From IMG/VR virus record IMGVR_UViG_3300032282_005862, positions 1-64,000 of that record: a DNA stretch of 64,000 nt. One strand, given 5' to 3'. The notes below the pieces were generated by a model, which did not search any database, had not been told where the DNA came from, and saw nothing but the letters and a program-made list of their open reading frames with translations. Source of the stretch: a virus. Position numbers and translations under genes: made by a program. Within the stretch, counting starts at the first letter, position 1. Each line of letters opens with the position of its first letter. Positions 11,521-21,912 of the stretch are shown piece after piece.

Positions 11521-12442
11521 GATGCTCCTTATGGTAATCTTGACCCTTTTTAGTTAATGCTCTGCCAGTTGGTCTAATTTCAATTAAACTATTACGAACA
11601 AGATATAGTTCGACATTTTTTTGTAACATATCTTTTGTAAGGTTAGTTTTCGCTGAAAGATTAGTCAATCTAACTTCGCCGTGTTCTTTTAGAATTTTAA
11701 TTACATTAAGCTCAATTTCTGAAAGACCAAGAGGATAGATAGATAATTTGCTTTTAATTTCATCCCACCCTTCTTTAGTTAATTCATTGGATTTTTTACT
11801 GGCTAAATAAGAGGAGATTTGATTTGCCATAGATTGAGCTTGTCTAGCATTACCACGGCAAACACTAGCTACTTCGTTAATAATTAAATCATTAATCTTT
11901 TGATTCTTTGTGGATAGATTTCCAGAAATAATCTTACCTAACTCAACATAAGAGTAATCTTGAAGATCAATTCTGTAAAGACGATCAAGAAGTGCGTGGA
12001 AAATCTTTTGAGCTTCCGTTGTGCAAAAGATAAAAGAATTTCTATTAAATCTAAAAGTATAACTTCCATCCTCAAAACTAAAATCATTTTGATTGGTTGA
12101 ATTAGGATTTAAAATAGTAAGAAGTGCCATTGTGACATCTCTTGGCAATTCACTAGCTTCATCAAAAATCATAGTAATATCCTTATCATAAACATAAGGA
12201 ATCATAATTTGATTGAAAAAACTTTTAACATTCTTGATTGTAGAACAATTAACGATCAAAGTTTTCTCTCTATTCATTAAATTAGCGGTCTTTTGAGCGA
12301 TAAGAGTTTTACCGCATCCTCTTGGAGCAACGAAAAGAAGATGTGGCATAATTTTTGTTTGCTTAAAACCTTCTAAGAGAAAATTTATCTTAGCTTTAGT
12401 TTTTTCTTGTCCAACTATATCTGAAAAATTATCTTGTGCCAT
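11507..12442 (-). CDS. ruvB: RuvB-like AAA+ Holliday junction branch-migration ATPase
   Basis: FSDIVGQ, Walker A APRGCGKT, Walker B IFDE, CRGNAR, C-terminal winged helix VELYLVRNSLIEIRPTGRALT. Confidence 0.85.
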   Translation of the reverse strand: MAQDNFSDIVGQEKTKAKINFLLEGFKQTKIMPHLLFVAPRGCGKTLIAQKTANLMNREKTLIVNCSTIKNVKSFFNQIMIPYVYDKDITMIFDEASELPRDVTMALLTILNPNSTNQNDFSFEDGSYTFRFNRNSFIFCTTEAQKIFHALLDRLYRIDLQDYSYVELGKIISGNLSTKNQKINDLIINEVASVCRGNARQAQSMANQISSYLASKKSNELTKEGWDEIKSKLSIYPLGLSEIELNVIKILKEHGEVRLTNLSAKTNLTKDMLQKNVELYLVRNSLIEIRPTGRALTKKGQDYHKEHLEKR

Positions 12443-13167
12443 ATAAACTTTATATAGTGTTTTTAAATTCTACGCAAGGAATTTTTTCAAACTACTTCAA
12501 AATCAATAGGTTGCTCTAAACTATTATATGTTTTAGTATTGACTTCCTTTTCAATTCCTTTTATATTTAAATTGTCGAGGAATTTCTTTGATACGATAAC
12601 TACCGCATCTTGTTTCAATACTTTATTTAGTTCACTCAATGGAATCATTGAGAAGCAAAACGAACCTTTTTTTCTGCCACGATTAGATTTCATCTTCATT
12701 ATCCTTTCCGCTTTCGACCATAGCATTTAATAAATCAAACTTTAAAGATTCTAATACGCCAAGAACTTGATAAGCTGTCATATCGCTTTCGTGAGCATAT
12801 CTTAATATATCTTTATATAATACTTGTCTCAACTGATTTCCAGCTTGGCAATTAAAATTATCTTCTTCACTCATAATTTTATTTCATTTACAAATGGATT
12901 CATTTGTATATTGTATCTAGTTATTCTAAATCCTAATCCAAGTATAGCAAATGTAAAGATTTTTCCGTATTCGTATGATTCAAATGAAATGTTAGTCATT
13001 AAATTTAATTTAAATCCATACCAATTAGAATCATCTTCCCAAGATGCTGTCAAGCGATCTGTATATTCACAATAGCCGAGAGTAGTGGCGGGTAAGATTA
13101 CTCCTATTGTAGTTTGCTTACCCATCCAAAACTCTCTGCTTTGTGGAATATATATTCCAAATTTCAT

Positions 13168-14088
13168 TTATCCTTTAATAAACCTTCCAGTTAGAGGGTC
13201 ACGCTTATTATGGTAATTCGCTTTAAGTGTGCCATCGTTACCCCAATTAGGAATATCATCTTCCTCATCTTCATCATCATAAATATCATCATCGGGGTCT
13301 ACATCATACATTTCCTCCATAGCTTCCCTAGCTTCTGGTCTATATGGATGAATATAATTCCCATAAGTAATATCATAAAGTTCTTTGTCAAGAGCTTTGC
13401 GATATAGTGCAACAACTTCTAGTTTAGATGCACGAAGTTTCTGACATTCACAATCTGTTGGAACAGATACAACATCAGCAGGGTTAATCTTAACTATTAC
13501 AAGATTACCACCACCATTGAAACTTTTTGCATATTCTTCTGACCCAGCGTGATAACCAGCAGAACAACCAATATCTGCATCATCGCAAACTTGATTCCTT
13601 GCCATCTCACGAACTTGACCGATTGAGAAATCGTGTTTGCCACTATACCAATCAGTAAAATCATTTCTAACGCTCTTGTATGCAAGAAAATCGCCATCTG
13701 GTGTGAGAGGCATTTTCTTATGCTCCAAGAATTTATAGAGTTCATTAACTGCTCTGCGAGAAGGATTTGCCATTAGCTTATCAAGAAACTTGACAAGAGG
13801 CTCATAAGGCAAACCATTCTTAATAAAGTTCAAGATTCTATCTACAACGATATTATGAATTTCTTCGCCAGCATAAGTCACAAGACCATCACGGACTTCA
13901 ATCTTGCCGTGAGAGAATCGTGCAATAGCTTTGCTCTTGTCGAGAATGTCTGGAAGATCGCTAAACCTTCCTTCTCTAATTGCGGTGATAGCGTCATTCC
14001 AAACTGGATTTTCGCTAGTAATAGTCTTAGGCTCATCATTAAGAACGATGGTAAGACTACGATCTGTTAATATATATGGTATCTTCAT
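13168..14088 (-). CDS. rIIB: rIIB-like protein
   Basis: NPS..AVNELYKFL...TPDGDFLAYK...CSAGYH...VKINPADVVSVP; directly downstream of the rIIA-like gene. Confidence 0.85.
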   Translation of the reverse strand: MKIPYILTDRSLTIVLNDEPKTITSENPVWNDAITAIREGRFSDLPDILDKSKAIARFSHGKIEVRDGLVTYAGEEIHNIVVDRILNFIKNGLPYEPLVKFLDKLMANPSRRAVNELYKFLEHKKMPLTPDGDFLAYKSVRNDFTDWYSGKHDFSIGQVREMARNQVCDDADIGCSAGYHAGSEEYAKSFNGGGNLVIVKINPADVVSVPTDCECQKLRASKLEVVALYRKALDKELYDITYGNYIHPYRPEAREAMEEMYDVDPDDDIYDDEDEEDDIPNWGNDGTLKANYHNKRDPLTGRFIKG

Positions 14089-14109
14089 ATTTATAGTTTT
14101 ACTCCTTTT

Positions 14110-16308
14110 TTAGTTTTTGTCAATAAGATTTATGTAATTTACAATCTTTGTCATTTCTTTCTTTTCGTTGTAATGCCACCCATAAGTATGAGGGACAAAT
14201 ACATCTAGAATTTCGTATCTAGTTTGAATATTCTTTAAAAGAACATCCAAATCATAACTTGGATTGACCTTATCGAATTTAATTTCAATTTCAGCCAATT
14301 TTAAAAATTCAAGGACTTCGCCAACTTTTTTAAAGTTCGATTTTGCGTAGAACATAACCGCACTTAAATATTGAGCAAACTCTGAATTTTCATTCTTAAT
14401 CAATTCGTGCAAACCTTTCTTTTGAATTTCTTGCACAAGATCAGCAAAATTATTATCTTGCTTATTGTGTTCATCCCAATGCGTCTTATCTGTGATTTGC
14501 TGTGATAGTTTAGAATACTCCTTGCGGATTCCATCCTCAAGATGTTTCCAGAGATTTGTAAGATTTTTATTTTTATTAATAATCTTTTTCTTGGATTCAA
14601 AAGTTTTAGATTTGATTCCATAAATTTCTGGAAGCTTCTCGCCAGTAAGTTCTTCATACTTCTCAAGAATTTCTTTTAGAGTTCCATTTCTAAATTCGTG
14701 TTCTTTGCCTTGAGCTTGGAAGTTGCTGATCTCTACATAGATAGCAGTATCATTTGCTAAATCCATAGCCATAGTCTCCCAATTATTAGAATTAGTTCCC
14801 CAATTCGTAGCATCTTTACGCTTAAACTTAAAGATTTGAGAGGAATGTTTTGGATTCTTACTAGTTACAACGCTAGTTCCAGAATTAATCTTCTGAATTG
14901 TAATCTTCTCATAATCAGAGAGATTCAAATAATTCTCATTAACAATACCAAGTTCCTTGTTAAAGGAATCTTTCGTTGCTTGATCTACGAATGTAAATAC
15001 ATAAGCACCATCAATCTTGTCTCCTAATTCATTCCAAAGAGTAGCAAGACGATGAGTTACTCCCATAGCTGAACCAGTATCATTGACTAGGATTTTATGT
15101 GTCTTTTCACAAAGAATCCTTTTTGCTTCATTCTCTGAATTTAATTTTGTGCTTCTGCGAGACTTCTGATAAAACTTTGAAGTCAATTTACCATTCTCCA
15201 GCATCTTCGCAATCTTGTCATTGAAATCAATATGATTATCACTAATAGTTTTATTGTTCCAACTTACTTTATTGCTCAAAGCATTACGAACAATATAACC
15301 TAAACTACCATAAGTTCCAAAGACTTCATTATAAAGAGCTTTTACATCGTAAATGTTTGTAGAATCTTTAAATTGTTGAGAGATGCACTCTGCCATCTCT
15401 TTTTTAATCTTACGAAACTTTTCTCTGATAGCTTTCCTAGTCTTTTCAGTATATTCTAGATTCTCACGGCTTGCAGTAATATCTAGCTCACCAAGATTAA
15501 ACTCAACTTCAAATCCTTGGGAACAAATACTTTGCTCATCAGAATCTTCTTTGAATTGCACATCGCTAGTATCAATAGGATAACCAACTCCCATAATAGC
15601 AACAGATTCAGAACCATATTGAGAATTTCTATAATAAGCCCAACCATTACCTTTAAATACTGGTGTGCGATCATAGATTTCAGACAAATCTTCTTTTCTT
15701 GCACCTTTGATAACTGGCTTGTTCTTGAAATACTTAAACAAGTTTTTAGCAGTATATAAGAAGGTTTCAGTATCTTCTTCTTTGATTGGAACAGAAATCA
15801 AAACGCCAGTAGGCTCGGAAGATTTTTCCTCCTTTAGTTTAACGATCTTACCAATTTTAGTTTCATCAATAAAAGCATTATAAGTAGTTTTCTTACCATC
15901 GTGATAAGAAATCAAAACAAAATTATCACCATAGCTAAATGGTGCAAACTTACCAATGCCATAATATCCAATAGCAGAATTACTATTGCGTTTGGTAGAT
16001 TCACCATAATAGCAATAAAGATTCTTAATATCATCAGCAGAAAGACCATTACCAAAATCTCTGATAGTTAAAGTAGGGTCTAGCTTTGTAGGAAGTTTAA
16101 TTTCAATAGGTCGTTTGTTACCAGCTTCGATATTAGCGTCTTGTGCATTACAAGAAATCTCACGCAAAACTGCGAGAGGTTTATTGGAATACAACTGATT
16201 GCGAAGAATGTTAAAGATATAAGGAAGTCCAGATTGTTTGATTCCAAAACTTACAGATTCAAAACTATCAGACTCGACTACATTGATTGGTTTTTCGATT
16301 AATTTCAT
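14110..16308 (-). CDS. rIIA: rIIA-like protein with N-terminal GHKL ATPase
   Basis: LYSNKPLAVLREISCNAQDA, IRDFGNGL, YGESTKRNSN, GYYGIGKFAPF. Confidence 0.85.
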   Translation of the reverse strand: MKLIEKPINVVESDSFESVSFGIKQSGLPYIFNILRNQLYSNKPLAVLREISCNAQDANIEAGNKRPIEIKLPTKLDPTLTIRDFGNGLSADDIKNLYCYYGESTKRNSNSAIGYYGIGKFAPFSYGDNFVLISYHDGKKTTYNAFIDETKIGKIVKLKEEKSSEPTGVLISVPIKEEDTETFLYTAKNLFKYFKNKPVIKGARKEDLSEIYDRTPVFKGNGWAYYRNSQYGSESVAIMGVGYPIDTSDVQFKEDSDEQSICSQGFEVEFNLGELDITASRENLEYTEKTRKAIREKFRKIKKEMAECISQQFKDSTNIYDVKALYNEVFGTYGSLGYIVRNALSNKVSWNNKTISDNHIDFNDKIAKMLENGKLTSKFYQKSRRSTKLNSENEAKRILCEKTHKILVNDTGSAMGVTHRLATLWNELGDKIDGAYVFTFVDQATKDSFNKELGIVNENYLNLSDYEKITIQKINSGTSVVTSKNPKHSSQIFKFKRKDATNWGTNSNNWETMAMDLANDTAIYVEISNFQAQGKEHEFRNGTLKEILEKYEELTGEKLPEIYGIKSKTFESKKKIINKNKNLTNLWKHLEDGIRKEYSKLSQQITDKTHWDEHNKQDNNFADLVQEIQKKGLHELIKNENSEFAQYLSAVMFYAKSNFKKVGEVLEFLKLAEIEIKFDKVNPSYDLDVLLKNIQTRYEILDVFVPHTYGWHYNEKKEMTKIVNYINLIDKN

Positions 16309-16351
16309 ATATTGAATTTAAATTAAATTTAAAATGAAGTCAAATGATATT

Positions 16352-17464
16352 TTATTCGTAGCTATCTCTATCAATAGCAATCACATAACCAAATCTCGGA
16401 ACACCATCTGGCGTGTAATTGAAAAATTTAATAGTAGCTTTCTTGCCAACTAAATCATTTCTTTGCTTATAAAGCTCTTTGAGATAACCAAAATCACCTT
16501 TGATATTACTCTTAAAGTATCTACCTTGTGCATTTGTAAATTCCATATAACCAGCAGTTCCCTTGCGGTTGCCTTCACCTTCTTTAACTCCTTTAATTAC
16601 AAATTCAGCATCCATAAACTCTTTTCTTTTAAGAAGATATTTACTTCGTTTATTTTCATAAGGTTGATTTAGTCTAACCATTTGACCTTCATAACCATTT
16701 TCCATATACATTTCGTATGCTTGCGTTAGTTCTTGTTCATTACTTACTTTTAAAGTAGTTACAACAACGATACTTGTATATTTTCTTTTAGTAAGAGCAT
16801 TGGAAACTAATTCGTATCTCTCATAAAATAAATCACTTTGACTTAATATTCCAATCTTAGGTGCATCATAAACCCAATACTGAATACTATCAGCACTTTC
16901 CTCTAGCTCTGCATCAGTAGGTTTAGTTCTTTTTACAAGAGAACAAATCTTATTAAAATCATTAGCAAACTTATCACAATATAATTCGCCATCAAGAATT
17001 GCATTAGGATAATCTTTAAAGAATAAATCTAGATTCTGGCGAATATGTGGTGCAGAAATAATCTTTTTACCATTTCTGCTGAACATTCCATCTTTCGTTA
17101 CAATACAACGAATACCATCAAGTTTAGGTTGGCTATAAACTGGATAAGCAATTTCGTGATCTTCGTATTTTTGTGCAAGCATTGGCTCAAAGTATTGAAC
17201 CTTATTAATATCTTTGATAGATTCAAAGTAACCAGATTCTAATTTCTTCTTGCGTTTTGCTTCTGCTTCTTTGATTGCTTGTTCTTCTGGAGTAGTAGCG
17301 TTTGCTCTGCCAGCATTTTTAATTTCGCAATCGCTCCAATTATTTGTGATTTTTTCTCCATCGGTTTGACCAGAGATTGTGCGGTATTGACTACCTTTGA
17401 CTTCAATAGTCCACTCTTGGACTTTGCCAGTTTTTGTCTTTTTATAAATTGTAGGTAACTTCAT
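16352..17464 (-). CDS. ATP-dependent DNA ligase
   Basis: QPKLDGIR (motif I), ILDGELY, GYEGQMVR, KRSKYLLKRK, GVPRF. Confidence 0.95.
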   Translation of the reverse strand: MKLPTIYKKTKTGKVQEWTIEVKGSQYRTISGQTDGEKITNNWSDCEIKNAGRANATTPEEQAIKEAEAKRKKKLESGYFESIKDINKVQYFEPMLAQKYEDHEIAYPVYSQPKLDGIRCIVTKDGMFSRNGKKIISAPHIRQNLDLFFKDYPNAILDGELYCDKFANDFNKICSLVKRTKPTDAELEESADSIQYWVYDAPKIGILSQSDLFYERYELVSNALTKRKYTSIVVVTTLKVSNEQELTQAYEMYMENGYEGQMVRLNQPYENKRSKYLLKRKEFMDAEFVIKGVKEGEGNRKGTAGYMEFTNAQGRYFKSNIKGDFGYLKELYKQRNDLVGKKATIKFFNYTPDGVPRFGYVIAIDRDSYE

Positions 17465-17499
17465 AGTCTCAGTTTATACTGGACTAGCCAACTTGTCAA
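17465..17499 (-). promoter_or_regulatory. sigma70-type promoter giving a leaderless ligase mRNA (example of ~15)
   Basis: TTGACA-17 nt-TAAACT-6 nt-ATG. Confidence 0.75.
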
Positions 17500-17684
17500 A
17501 TTTTGTTTTTTTTTGATTTAGAAGGGGTTGTGACTTTTAACAAACTCCAAGTGCCATCTTTGTTGTCGTGCCAATCAATCGTATCACCAATTTTCCATCC
17601 CATTTTTTTCATTAAAGAGTCTGGTAATTCAATATATTGATAACCATTTTCTTCTTTTACTTCAATTTTAATAGGGGTTTTCAT
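17496..17684 (-). CDS. AbrB/MazE/SpoVT-like DNA-binding protein
   Basis: IELPDSLMKKMGWKIGDTIDW swapped-hairpin pattern. Confidence 0.7.
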   Translation of the reverse strand: MKTPIKIEVKEENGYQYIELPDSLMKKMGWKIGDTIDWHDNKDGTWSLLKVTTPSKSKKNKI

Positions 17685-18271
17685 TATTTTGTAGGTATTT
17701 TATTCATTACTGAAATATTTTGTAAATTTAATTCTATTATAGCATTATTTACCGCTTGTCCAGCTTCATCTTCAGTTTCAAAAAAACCTAAATGCTTTTC
17801 AATAGCTTTTTGATTTTTGTATTTCGGATGATTTTTTGGTATAGTAACTCTTGCTCTCCAAATTTTTCCAGTTTTAAGTTTTAATGCTTTTTTATCTAAA
17901 TTTACTCCGATATATTTAGAAGATGTTGCTTTTGCTCTTTTCCTTCTTTTTCTTCTATTTTCTTGCATAGTTAATGGTTTTAAATTATCTATTGTATTAT
18001 TTAATGGGTTAAAATCTTTATGGTCTATTTCTTCTGGCAAATATCTATGCTTATGATAGAATAAAATATTATGCAATAATATTCTAATTATTTTTCCTTT
18101 TCTACTATAATTAATTTGAGGATATTTACATCCACCACTTATTTGAGGAATATATGTATGATTAGTTTTTCTTTTAGTTACTGATTGTTCAGATAAATTA
18201 ATAAATAATTCTTCATCCATTTTATCTGCACTAGGCCAAAGTTCAAGAACAACTCTAAAATTTTTTCTCAT
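17684..18271 (-). CDS. HNH homing endonuclease with AP2-like C-terminal domain
   Basis: IDHKDFNPLNNTIDNL (HNH_3); SSKYIGV...WRARV...HLGFFETEDEA (AP2); likely start MRKNF at 18271. Confidence 0.85.
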   Translation of the reverse strand: MRKNFRVVLELWPSADKMDEELFINLSEQSVTKRKTNHTYIPQISGGCKYPQINYSRKGKIIRILLHNILFYHKHRYLPEEIDHKDFNPLNNTIDNLKPLTMQENRRKRRKRAKATSSKYIGVNLDKKALKLKTGKIWRARVTIPKNHPKYKNQKAIEKHLGFFETEDEAGQAVNNAIIELNLQNISVMNKIPTK

Positions 18272-18915
18272 CTTGGAGATAAAAACCTTATAACTTTTCT
18301 CATACCTTTCCATCGCAACCAATTTAAAAATTTTATAATTTGATTTATTCCAGCATCAAGTTTCCATTCAATAAGATTCATAGTCTTAACATAATATTTA
18401 AAATAAATTCTATAAACTGGACAACGCATTTTTCTTTCGTGTGTCACTAATTCTAGTTGTAATTTAATATCTGCTTCTATTCTATCTTTAGATGAATGAC
18501 GATGAATTGGGGTAACAAGAGACATTTCTACTACTAAACCTTTAACTACAACGCATTTCCAATCTGGAAAAAGATCATTATCAAAAATATGTTTTCCTCT
18601 AATATAGCAACCAAAAATAATTGTTCCAGTAAAATCATCTCTAAATACTTCTTCTTCGCCATCTTTTACCCATTTGTTTTTATTAAAAAATTCACCAAAC
18701 CTAGTGCCATCTTTTACATAATCTGGATTATCTTCCCAATGACCTTCTACTTTTAATTCAAATAGTTTATAATCACGGATAATATAAGTATCCATTGTGT
18801 TTGGTTCTAGGTCTTTTGTTTGAAATTCTTCCTTTTTAAAATCAACATTTAGGGCTTTTAACTCATCATTAAGAGGTAAATCTTGTTCAACCTTAATATA
18901 ATTAAACATTCCCAT
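18268..18915 (-). CDS. hypothetical phage protein
   Basis: MGMFNYI...FQTKDL N-terminus; own promoter-like sequence upstream. Confidence 0.6.
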   Translation of the reverse strand: MGMFNYIKVEQDLPLNDELKALNVDFKKEEFQTKDLEPNTMDTYIIRDYKLFELKVEGHWEDNPDYVKDGTRFGEFFNKNKWVKDGEEEVFRDDFTGTIIFGCYIRGKHIFDNDLFPDWKCVVVKGLVVEMSLVTPIHRHSSKDRIEADIKLQLELVTHERKMRCPVYRIYFKYYVKTMNLIEWKLDAGINQIIKFLNWLRWKGMRKVIRFLSPR

Positions 18916-18932
18916 ATACTATATATTATCTT

Positions 18933-19595
18933 TTATTTAATTTTTGTCAATCTTATCTTGCCTTTTTTATCTATAATAACATAACCACATTCTTTTTCGC
19001 AAAAACTTCCAGTATTTATATATTTATCAGTATCTTCTGGAAGATGAGTATGTCCACAAATTATCCTATTATATCCATTCATATTAATATAATTCAAGGC
19101 ATTTTGTTTAATATCTGAGCTTTTCTCTACAAAATCGTTTGTATGGTGTTTAAATAATTTAAAGAAATCATCCGCAAATGGAGTATAATGCCTAACTAGG
19201 TAATATACTTTAACAATAAAATTGGTAATCCATTTATATTTTGTAAAATAAATATCAAATATATCTCCGTGAACCACTAATATCTTTTGATCTTTTAATT
19301 CTATGATATGTTCGTCTTTGCAATTAAAACCAAGAAGAATACTCATAAATTCTGCTTTAAGAAAACAATGATTGCCAATCAAATAAATTATCTTGCATTT
19401 TTTAGAAAGTTTGCGTAATTTAGATAATACTTTCCAATGGGTTTTATTTAACCTATGTAAATTGTGGTGGTCAAAAAGATCACCAGCAATTATAATTGTT
19501 TTTGCTTTGTTTTCTTTTAATACTTTTAAAACTAAATCTGCTCTGGAATGTTTATCTCCAAGGTGAATATCTGATATTATTAAATATTTATTCAT
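18933..19595 (-). CDS. calcineurin-like metallophosphoesterase (LpxH / UDP-2,3-diacylglucosamine hydrolase-like)
   Basis: ISDIHLG, AGDLFD, IGNH, VHGD, ICGHTH, YINTGS. Confidence 0.8.
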   Translation of the reverse strand: MNKYLIISDIHLGDKHSRADLVLKVLKENKAKTIIIAGDLFDHHNLHRLNKTHWKVLSKLRKLSKKCKIIYLIGNHCFLKAEFMSILLGFNCKDEHIIELKDQKILVVHGDIFDIYFTKYKWITNFIVKVYYLVRHYTPFADDFFKLFKHHTNDFVEKSSDIKQNALNYINMNGYNRIICGHTHLPEDTDKYINTGSFCEKECGYVIIDKKGKIRLTKIK

Positions 19596-19680
19596 TACCA
19601 ATGATGTATTGCGTTAATTATAAGCACGATGTTAGCAATTACACCAAGGATAACAACAAACATTTCATATACTTTATGAG

Positions 19681-20577
19681 TCATAGTTTAGCAAAAGATT
19701 GTTCTTTCATCTTTAATTCAAAATCAATATCTACATTATGTCCGTATGTGTCTGGTAAGCGAGTCGCATAATCAGCGTGTTTCCGTGGATTCTTATGTCC
19801 AACAATACTTTCAGAGTAATGAAACAACGGAATATGATTGCCCCAAGTAATTCGTGCAAGATGAAATGCTTGTTCCTCTGATAGATTATCTGGATGACAT
19901 TTATGATGAAGATAATCAAAGGTAATAGGAATATTAGTTACAGAATGAAAGTGCTTCATAAGTTTTTTTATAGACCAACAAGTATCTTTATCATCATTTT
20001 CAATAACTAATCTAGACTTAACATCGTCTGATAACTTTTCAAAGTTGCTCATAAACTTTTTAACTATATCATTTAGATTGCCCTTAGAATTATGTATGTG
20101 CATATTCATAGGAGAATCATAGTTAAGAGGACAACCGATTTGTGTCATAAACCAACCATAGTGATTTAATTCTTTGATTGTTTTGGTAATTGCATTTTCA
20201 TTATCGCTTGCAAGAACATTAAATTCAGAAGGATGACAAGAAACTCTTGCGTTCCTAGATTGAACTAGATTCTTGATATTATTAAATTGATTTACTATTC
20301 TCTCATAGTCTGGTAAATCTTGTAATGATACATTAGCTTTGTCATAAGTGATAAGAGGAAATAGGTCAGAAGAAATTCTATAAGTATGATTATAGTCAGC
20401 ACAATACTTGATATATTGATATGTAACAATCATATTGTTAAGGATTCTAGAAGATAGAGCAGAAAGAGCTTCTTTTCTATTCATAGATGAGAAACGAGCA
20501 TAAGTCATAGTATTGAACTTGATAGGGTTATCTTGTTCAGCAAGACTTAAAACGATACAGCAAACTCCTTTTCTCAT
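19681..20577 (-). CDS. uvsE: UV damage endonuclease UvsE/UVDE
   Basis: YRISSDLFP, RVSCHPSEF, RLVIENDDK, PITFDYLHH, PLFHYS, RKHADY, ELKMKE. Confidence 0.92.
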   Translation of the reverse strand: MRKGVCCIVLSLAEQDNPIKFNTMTYARFSSMNRKEALSALSSRILNNMIVTYQYIKYCADYNHTYRISSDLFPLITYDKANVSLQDLPDYERIVNQFNNIKNLVQSRNARVSCHPSEFNVLASDNENAITKTIKELNHYGWFMTQIGCPLNYDSPMNMHIHNSKGNLNDIVKKFMSNFEKLSDDVKSRLVIENDDKDTCWSIKKLMKHFHSVTNIPITFDYLHHKCHPDNLSEEQAFHLARITWGNHIPLFHYSESIVGHKNPRKHADYATRLPDTYGHNVDIDFELKMKEQSFAKL

Positions 20578-20622
20578 AGTAAGAGTATATTACTCTTTGT
20601 CAAATCTGTCAATATTTATATA

Positions 20623-20799
20623 TTATTTGTAAATGTATGTTGATGAACCATTATGGTTTTTTAATTCTTTTTTAATCAACGACTTATCTTTTACATCTGA
20701 CCAGTTTATACTATCAAAGTTTTCTTTAAACCTATTAGAGAAACAATTTCTTGGTTTATCACCTTTTCCAGCCCCTTTATTTGGCTGACATTGATTCAT
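20623..20799 (-). CDS. 58-aa small phage protein (GAGKGDKPR...FKENFDSINW)
   Basis: Manual translation; GKGDKPR resembles a motif recalled from other phage small proteins. Confidence 0.55.
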   Translation of the reverse strand: MNQCQPNKGAGKGDKPRNCFSNRFKENFDSINWSDVKDKSLIKKELKNHNGSSTYIYK

Positions 20800-20815
20800 A
20801 TTTGAACATTTTTCG

Positions 20816-20895
20816 TTAGCAAATATAACTATATTTGGAAATATTCTATTAGCAAATATAATATTATATTTGGTTAAATCTTGTTAGCAAATATT
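20816..20895. repeat. three TTAGCAAATAT direct repeats, two extended into palindromes
   Basis: Copies at 20816, 20849, 20884; CAAATATAACTATATTTG and the perfect palindrome CAAATATAATATTATATTTG. Confidence 0.75.
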
Positions 20896-21187
20896 ACTTT
20901 TTGAAATCGCCAAGATCACGATCAAAAGAAAACTTACCAGTCTTTTCTACAAGACCCTCGTAAGTCTCTTCTGTGCATCCAGCCATTTCAGTAAATGGTG
21001 CTATTACTGCAAAAATTCCAAATGCACCAATGGTAGCTGCGGTTGAGATTGGGCGAACAACTACAAGATCTCCAGCAGATAGAAAACCATCTGCTACTGG
21101 AGTTGATTCATTTTGAGTTCCAGAATCGGCTATAGCTAAAGAGCTAAAGAATAGTGCAACTAATGCTAGTGTTTTAATTTTATTCAT
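20894..21187 (-). CDS. small exported/membrane protein
   Basis: Signal peptide, then DLVVVRP...hydrophobic segment...FDRDLGDF, similar to small bacterial membrane proteins. Confidence 0.55.
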   Translation of the reverse strand: MNKIKTLALVALFFSSLAIADSGTQNESTPVADGFLSAGDLVVVRPISTAATIGAFGIFAVIAPFTEMAGCTEETYEGLVEKTGKFSFDRDLGDFKK

Positions 21188-21274
21188 AATAGTATATTAT
21201 ATGGTTATATTTTCATTTTGTCAAATATATTTGGCCTTTTTCTGTTAGTAAATAAAGAGTGTAAATTAATTTAT

Positions 21275-21910
21275 ATGCCTACTCCAATTATATACGAAAT
21301 AATTATAACTGATGCAAATGAACAAGATGTTAATGGCGTATATCGTTATGATTCTTCTTTTTTAGCGAGTCCAAGATACTATAATACAAAAAATAATAAT
21401 AAATGGTTAAGAATAATGAGGCCAGCATATTTAGGTAAATATAGCATTACAAATAATGCTACTGGTGGTGGTGATATCTTTAGTGCATACTATATAACAA
21501 CCATTCCTTATCCATTTTTTACATTACCAAATAATACTATAAACTTTACTTTAGGAAATCTTGGAACTAATCCATTACCTACTGCAAAAGGTTATTGGAG
21601 ATATAAAAATATCATCGGCGGTGGCGGTACTGGAAAATTAATTGGAAAATCTTTCATTAGAAAAGTGATTATTAATAATGCTCAAGATGGTGGCGATGGG
21701 ATATACATAAGAGATAAAGATACTGATATATTTATAGGCCCATTTGATCCTGTATCTAATCTTTATTGGACTATTAACTATTTTCCTAATGAAGGTTTTT
21801 GGTTTTTAGATAGAGATGATTCATATTACCGTTCTAAAGATTTAATCCATTGGGAGACTAATGCCGCATTTTGGGGGGATGGTTCAGCTCAAGTATTTTA
21901 TAAACCATGA
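21275..21910 (+). CDS. hypothetical protein, possibly late/virion; two related beta-rich modules joined by a GGGG linker
   Basis: Start MPTPII lies 10 nt after the GTGTAA motif; IIITDANEQDVNGVY vs VIINNAQDGGDGIY. Confidence 0.55.
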   Translation: MPTPIIYEIIITDANEQDVNGVYRYDSSFLASPRYYNTKNNNKWLRIMRPAYLGKYSITNNATGGGDIFSAYYITTIPYPFFTLPNNTINFTLGNLGTNPLPTAKGYWRYKNIIGGGGTGKLIGKSFIRKVIINNAQDGGDGIYIRDKDTDIFIGPFDPVSNLYWTINYFPNEGFWFLDRDDSYYRSKDLIHWETNAAFWGDGSAQVFYKP

Positions 21911-21912
21911 TT

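Noticed and set aside
17496-17684. MazEF-type toxin-antitoxin pair
   Set aside because: Neighbours are DNA ligase and an HNH nuclease; no toxin gene
20816-20895. Mini CRISPR array
   Set aside because: Repeats are only 11-23 nt with very short AT-rich gaps; no cas operon; the Cas4-like gene is a solo replication-module nuclease
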